DNA of 40,663 nucleotides from Perkinsus olseni (Eukaryota): NCBI GenBank assembly GCA_013115125.1, contig JABANN010000310.1, positions 1 to 40,663 of the forward strand, read 5' to 3'. Shown piece by piece: positions 34,117 to 40,663 of this stretch (position 1 is its first letter; each line of letters starts with the position of its first letter). The notes under the pieces were generated by a model. It saw only the letters and a program-made list of their open reading frames with translations, ran no database searches and was not told where the DNA came from. The position numbers and the translations under genes were made by a program.

Positions 34117-37100
34117 TTATTTATTCTCCTCTCGGTCAGCATGCCTTGCTTTCCGTTCCTTCACCCACATTCTCGTCTCCCATGGGAGCTTCGCTGGCTC
34201 ATCCTCCGGTGTGTCGATTTCTTTCCACCTTTTCGCCGCTCGCCTCTGCCGCCGAAGACTCCTCACCATCTCCTGCGGACTGCCAGCGCACAACCCGGGC
34301 GTCAGCGCGTTACCGGCTTCAGCTTCCTCCTTCATTCGCCCTTGGAGCTTCTTGAGTAAATCCACTTCATCCGGGATGCGTTCGACAGTGGCGCTCAAGG
34401 CAGGCTGCGAAGCTGGCAGACTTTCAGTGGGGCTCTCTCCCACTACCACTTCTTGCTCTTTACTTTCATCCTCTTGAGACCATCGATCTAGCCGCTCCCG
34501 TAAGAAGGTGGCCTGCTGCTCGGCATCCATCTCGTTCCACTCCTGGTCCCAGACGTGGATGACCCGGCCCTTCGTCACTCGAATTATATGCCGATGCCTC
34601 AGGATGGCATCGCCAGTCGGAGTCTGACTCCTGGCTTGCATGTTTGCTCGGCTGCTCACTAGAATGGCCGCCCGGATTCCGGGGACCCACATGTCCACGA
34701 AGAAGCCGTCGAAGTCGTAGCGGCCGACACCAGGGCGGTCGATCGTCATCAAAGTATCGCTCAGCGAGGTCATGAGATCGTCTCCGGGGGCGGCGGAAAG
34801 CTGCAGGTTCCAGAAGTGCGAGCGGCAGTACTGGAGGTACCTCTCTGTCCCGGCGGGGTCGAAGTCCGGATGGAGGGCCTGAGGGCAGCCAAACGGTGAT
34901 GTTGAGCAAGTCCGTGGTGCCCACCTGTAGTTCTCGTAGGGTGGGGAATAGTAGAGCGCATCGACTGTCCGAGGAGACGACCTCTGGGGTCAACACGCCG
35001 AGGATGGTCTCGCAGAAGTCTGGATCCAGCTTCTTCATCACAGCGAACGCCCAGAGCATATTGGTGAGACCGAAGGCCGAGAACTGAAGAGTGAAGTCCA
35101 CAGACTGCGATGGAGGCGAGAGGGTGGCCCACCTGGTTGAGGCGTTCAAGTGCGGTGACCTGCAGTTGAGGGAACAGCTTACCCCCCGTCCGAACCACTG
35201 CGAAGGCCCAGCATAACATCGAGGCTTGTTCGGCGTTGAAGATCGCAACACGATGGTTCGCCGCCTCCACCAAAACAGCCCACAGCTGCATAGACCCTGT
35301 CCGTGCATGAGCGTAGCTGCACAGGAAAAAGCTGCCCGGCAGAGAGAGCGAGTCGTCGAAAACGCTCCGATCAATGCCGATCCGATGAGGTCGACGCGTG
35401 TCATCGAGAGACAGCGGGCCGCCTCGCAGCCTTCACCCTGTCCGAGACTCACCCAACAATAGTCTCGACGACATCCAGACTCTTGAATTCCCGTATCTTC
35501 CTCACTACAGTAGCCTCTGCGGCGTCGAAGAACCAACTCTCATCTGTGTTCGATGCTGGTAGGGTGATCTTAGGTAGCAGCCGTGATATCTCCACCCAGC
35601 CACAAGTGATGGTCACCTACTTGTCGTCCGTGCCGTTCGGACATCGAGGCGTCCTTTCTCCGAGCGTTGCCGTTGCAGATCTGTTCACCGAAGACCCTCA
35701 GGTTATTCGACAGTTGTCGCGGAGACATTGCTGACACCACTTCCAAGCTTCGGTCCAGCAACAAACGATAAAGACCTGGCAATTGTCCCTTATGAGACGT
35801 CCGCACCCTCACGAGAAACTGCTCTCAATTTCACCCTAGCGGCAGCCACCATTCGAGATTACTACTCCAGCATTGAATTCCTAGTGCTCTCGGAGTAGTT
35901 TTCACGGGGGGGAGGCGGGTTAAAGACTGCGTAATCTCGAAATGCCGAGAGCAAACGTCCTCAACAATTTCTTGCGCCCACGTGACTTCAGTATGTATAT
36001 CATCCCTGCTTCGCAACGGGCCAACCCATACTACCTTCGGTGCCGAGACCATGAGCGTTGAGGGCGAAGACTATCCGTGAGAGGCTTCCGTGATCCATGG
36101 CCGGTACCCTCTCAACTATGAGGGGCTCAGCTCGGTGGAAGACTGCAGCGCCTTCCCTGTAGGGATACTCGCGCGAACCGCATAACCTGAGCACCTTACT
36201 GACGATCTCAAGGGTACGACAATCAGCATCTCACGCTGCCAGGGATGCCAGCACCTGCGCCAAATCACGATCGGTTAGTCCGGCTAGAGCCTCCACAGAA
36301 AACTGTGACGCGACAGCTTCTAGCATACTGGTCTGCCTCATCAGCCCGGATGGCCATCGAGCGTAAACCTACAATCGTTTCGAGGTTCAGCAACATTCGC
36401 CTCGGGAAGGGGAACATCACCCTTAGGATTTTCACGACGTCCTCGATAGCATGGGCCTTCCGCTGCATCTGGTGAAGTAAGAAAGGGTAAGCTCCCTTTA
36501 GGAAGTGCACGGGTTTATGTGAGGACTTCCGGGTCATTGACACGCAGACGTGAGCAAAGTCGCCAGGGTTAAACTCTCCTGCCTGAATACAACAATATAC
36601 CTCCCTTAGACGAACCCGCAAGTCGCACCGGCGCCTGCTGCGAACAACTGTTCGTAACCTATCGATCGGAGGGATTTTTCCCCAACGCGCTACTTCTCTC
36701 CCCAAAGTACCCTGTGCGCCACATTGTTAATGATACTCTCCCAGAACGCCTTGCCACCAGCCTGTACGTCCGCATACGCTCGAGTGACCTCAGCGATCTG
36801 GCTAGTCGTCATGCTCGGCAGTAATGTCATAATAGGTGACTCAATATGCTGAGCAACAGCTTCGTCAACCGTCACAAAGGCACACGGGTTACTTTGAAAA
36901 GGCCCATATCCCGCCAGTTGAGCCTGACCAGTGTCCGAGGGACGACAGCCAGAGAGTCCAGAGGTAAAGTGTCAACGTGGCGGATGAGATCGTTGAGTAT
37001 CCGCATGAAACATTTGTGATTGACAATCTGCCAGACAGACTCACACGATCGACTGGGCTTGGACAACAGTACCGTTATCTTTTCGTCCTTCGTGGAACGC

Positions 37101-37486
37101 TCCATCTCGCCGGCGAGGACCCACAACAGGCGGCAAATATCCGAGCCACGGCACTGTGAGCGGTTGAGGGTGTAGTAACTCCACACCTGCGGGGAATGCG
37201 CAACAAATTAGCCCACACACTGGTGCTGAAACAGTCGCCACTTTGGCTTCCAAAATGGGAGTATTAACCTGCACTTTCGGCTGCTTCTTATACGCGCCCC
37301 GTGAAGTTTCGAAGTACTACGAGCCCCTGGCATTACATCAGCAGCAGTAAGGAGACGTTCGACGTCCAGTTTTCTCTTATCCACAATTTTCGACCCAGTC
37401 GTGACGCACAAGCTCCGTACTATCCTCTTGTTGACGTGGCCCACCAAAAGAGGCCGCCAGGGAGAAGACTGCATGAAACGAGCCAT
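34117..37486 (-). CDS. RAP-domain helical-repeat RNA-binding protein (HPR/OPR/FASTK-like), multi-exon, probably mitochondrial
   Basis: Repeats MTTSQIAEVTRAYA, FNAEQASMLCWAFA, FSAFGLTNMLWAFA, MSPRQLSN. C-terminal RAP-like segment DGFFVDMWV...TGDAILRHRHI...VIHVWDQEW. Basic N-terminus starting at 37486 or 37474. Confidence 0.8.
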
Positions 37487-37801
37487 CCAGTGGCGAAGCG
37501 CCTGTACACAAACCGCCCAGCAGCTCTGAGCAACCCTACCAAGAAGGCAGGCCAAACGAAGAAACGCATAGAGAGGGTAACGAACGATCACGACCAAATT
37601 TACGACTTAACTCAACCCGAAGAGGTCTTAGAAACGATTGCCAGGTGTCTACAGGAGCTCTAGTTAATAAGGGTCGGAAACACTCTAGCCTCACGTAGTC
37701 ACTCCGATCATCAACATCCTCATCTTGCTGACAGTCGCCTTGCACTAATGGTGCAAAAATCAACTACGATTGTGGAAAAGTAGTCCGGGTCGCTATGCGC
37801 T

Positions 37802-39954
37802 TTACATCATACCGCCCATACCACCCATACCGCCCATGCCGTTCATGTCAGGGGCAGCAGGGGCCTTCTCCTTCTCGGGAAGCTGAAAACGAGGGTACTG
37901 CTATCTACGCGCAGATTAGTGACAGGAAACTCTTACATCGCAGATAACCGTCTCGGTGGTTGTCATGAGGCTGGCAATACTGGCAGCGTCCGCCAAGGCC
38001 GTTCGGACAACCTTAGTGGGGTCGACGATGCCCTGCTGGAGCATATCCACGTACTCCGAAGTCTGGGCGTTGTATCCCCTGCAATGAGACGCTCATCAAA
38101 GTGAGAGGTCCGTCAGGATGGGCCTACTTGTGGTAGTGATCGTCGCTGAGGAGCTTCTGCACCACAACGGCGCCCTCCTCGCCGGCGTTCTCAACAATGG
38201 TCTTGCAAGGCTGCTTGCAGGCCGAGCGGATGATGTTGCATCCGACCTCCTGGTCGAAGTTGTCCAACTTGAGGTCCTCCAACTTCTTGCTTGCTCTGGA
38301 AGGCGCAAAAATAACCACCAAGCAATCGCTTTCGAGATGGAATCACCTCAGGAGAGCAGAGCCGCCGCCAGGGACGATACCCTCCTCAACAGCAGCCTTG
38401 GTGGCGTTGAGAGCGTCATTGAGACGGTCCTTGACCTCGGAAACCTCCAATTCCGAGGAACCGCCAACCTGAAAGAAACGACGGTCGACACAACACTGGT
38501 CAAAGAGCGAATAGGTAGTTACCTTGATGACGGCAACACCACCACTCATCTTGGCAAGACGCTCCTTCAGCTTGTCCTTCTCGTACTCGCTACTGGTGTT
38601 GTCGATGGCATCGCGGAGAGTCTCACAGCGCTCGTCGATCTCCTCCCGAGCTCCCGCACCGTCGAGGATGATAGTGTCGTCCTTTTTGACAGACACAGAC
38701 TTGCACGAGCCGAGCAATGCGCTGACAGCCGAGCAAGTGATGAACGATCGAGAAACACGCCGAGCTGCCTACGGGTCGAAATCTTCGCTGAGCTTGGTAC
38801 CGGTCTCCTCACTGATAACCTCGCAACCGCACACAGTGGCGATATCCTGCATCTGGGCCTTACGGTTGTCGCCGAACCCAGGGGCCTTCACCTGCAATAG
38901 ACAGCCTATGGAGCACGCGCGGTTCTAGCAGCTGCTGGGCACTTACCGCGCAAACCTTGAGACCGCCACGAAGCTTGTTGACAACAAGGGTGGCCAGTGC
39001 CTCGCCGTCGACGTCCTCAGCGATGATCAGGAGAGGCCGCTGGAGCTTCACGACGTACTCGAGCACGGGCAGGATAGACTGAAAGCAACGAGGCAGTCCC
39101 TACACTGGCATGCAAGAATCCCGCACCTGAATCGAGCTGATCTTCTTCTCGTGGACCAAGATAAGAGGATTCTCGAACTCAACGGACTGGGTCTTGTTGT
39201 TAGTGATAAAGTAAGGCGAGATGTAGCCACGGTTGAATTGCATGCCCTCGACGACCTAGAGAACGGTAAGCGTGTCAACAAATTCGTTGTTGGAGACAGG
39301 GCCCTACCTCGAGCTGATGATCCATCGTTTTACCATCAGAGACAGTGATGGTACCGTCCTTGCCAACCTTCTCGAAGGCCTCAGCAATCAAACTGCCGAT
39401 AGTCTTATCACCATTGGCGGCGATGGTCGCGACCTGAAGAGCAAAAGAATCCACAGAAGAGGCCGCCTTCCCACAGCACCCAGACACACCTGTTGAATTT
39501 CCTGGGCGGTTGAGATCGCCTGAGCACGAGTCTTTAGCTCATCCATCACTAGCTTGACAGCCGCGTCAATGCCCCTCTTCAAGTCCATGGGGTTCATGCC
39601 AGCGGCGACGGCCTTGCAGCCCTCACGGAAGATGGCTCTGGCAAGGACCGTACTGGTTGTGGTACCATCACCAGCAATGTCGTTAGTCTTAGAGGCCACC
39701 TGCTTGATGAGAGCGGCGCCGACGTTCTGCATCTTGTCGGGAAGATCGATGGCCTTGGCGACGGTCACGCCATCCTTAGTGACCTTAGGCGAACCGAAGC
39801 TCTGCTCGATGACCACGTTACGACCCTTAGGGCCCATGGTGACGGCCACGGCGTCGGCAATGCGGTTGACTCCGACTAGCATGCGGGAGCGGGCCTCAGC
39901 GCCATGGAGAACCTCCTTGGCGACTCCCATGCAGGTGGACGAGCGCGACAGCAT
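37802..39954 (-). CDS. HSP60: Mitochondrial chaperonin 60 (multi-exon)
   Basis: Motifs [29 protein letters not shown] and a [11 protein letters not shown]-terminus. All traced introns are GT-AG. Confidence 0.98.
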
Positions 39955-40663
39955 TTTCTGATGATAAAAAGAGCAACTGAGCCAAGAGCAAGGGTCGGAC
40001 TCCCATTAAAGGCGCCCCCTACAGTGCAAGCCACGCCAAGGGGGGCGGCGCTACTGAAAATTGTGACACACTATTTGACGCAGGCAAGATCATGAACGCA
40101 GGCTTTTGCCTCACGCTTACGAGACGACGGAGAGTTTGAGGAACTTCGGGACGAGGGGAGAGGGGAAGATGGTGTATGGCAGTGGGTACTTGGGAGGGTC
40201 CTAGAATCGATGCGCATGCCGAAGATGGCGGGCCGTTGAACGATTGCTCACCACCGGGCTTAGAAACTTTAAGGTTTCATAAGTGAGCAAGATTGCAGAT
40301 ACCAGTTTCTCGCGCGCGCCCAAAAATTTTGCTCTATGATGTGGCGCCCCAGGACAACACCTCCGGGTGGATGGGTTGACGGGGTCTTGTGTAACCTGCT
40401 TCCGTAGCTTGTGGCCGGTCTGGGGTTAATCTTTTCACGCTCAAAGTACCACCGAAGTCAACTCTGGGCCTGAGCTTGGACCTAACGGCTTCAGTGGACT
40501 ATCTCGGGAGCTCAGAATAGCTCCTGAGATTCGGAAAATCTAGCACTCAGTGACAGCGGGCATCGGACTCGAGTGCCCCCTGCGCGTGATTGAACTTAGA
40601 CGCGTGACTTGCTTAGCGATAAGTAAACCGTAACAGACTTATCACAAGTGACACGACGCGGTG

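Noticed and set aside
3654-36843. General enrichment of AP-1-like TGAGTCA sites
   Set aside because: About ten were seen, several within duplicated sequence, which is not clearly above chance for a 7-mer on two strands.
38118-38900. 260-aa plus-strand ORF and others antisense to HSP60
   Set aside because: Antisense shadows caused by codon bias in a conserved gene.
2150-39970. Hammerhead ribozyme cores at CTGATGA/CTGAAGA sites
   Set aside because: None of the sites inspected had the stem II plus GAAA arrangement.

Overview
Eukaryotic, intron-rich protist DNA. It most likely comes from a Perkinsus-like alveolate (inference from short GT-AG introns, a RAP-domain repeat protein, a subtilisin family member and lineage-specific secreted proteins). 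Left to right: (1) the 3' part of an LTR retrotransposon with an uninterrupted 1120-aa pol ORF, a DIRS-like RNase H, a Gypsy-type DDE integrase and a 177-bp candidate 3' LTR; (2) two damaged paralogues of a secreted-protein family that share a near-identical upstream block; (3) a degenerate, repeat-containing region with an assembly gap; (4) an LRRC43-like LRR gene divergent from an acyl-CoA dehydrogenase; (5) a frameshifted subtilisin; (6) a ~9-kb trithorax/MLL-like SET-domain gene; (7) an intergenic region with a compact multi-hairpin element; (8) four co-directional minus-strand genes: mitochondrial HSP60, a RAP/HPR-like protein, a small predicted mitochondrial protein, and a secreted protein with a GC-AG intron. 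Gene models were assembled by eye and some starts and exon boundaries are approximate.
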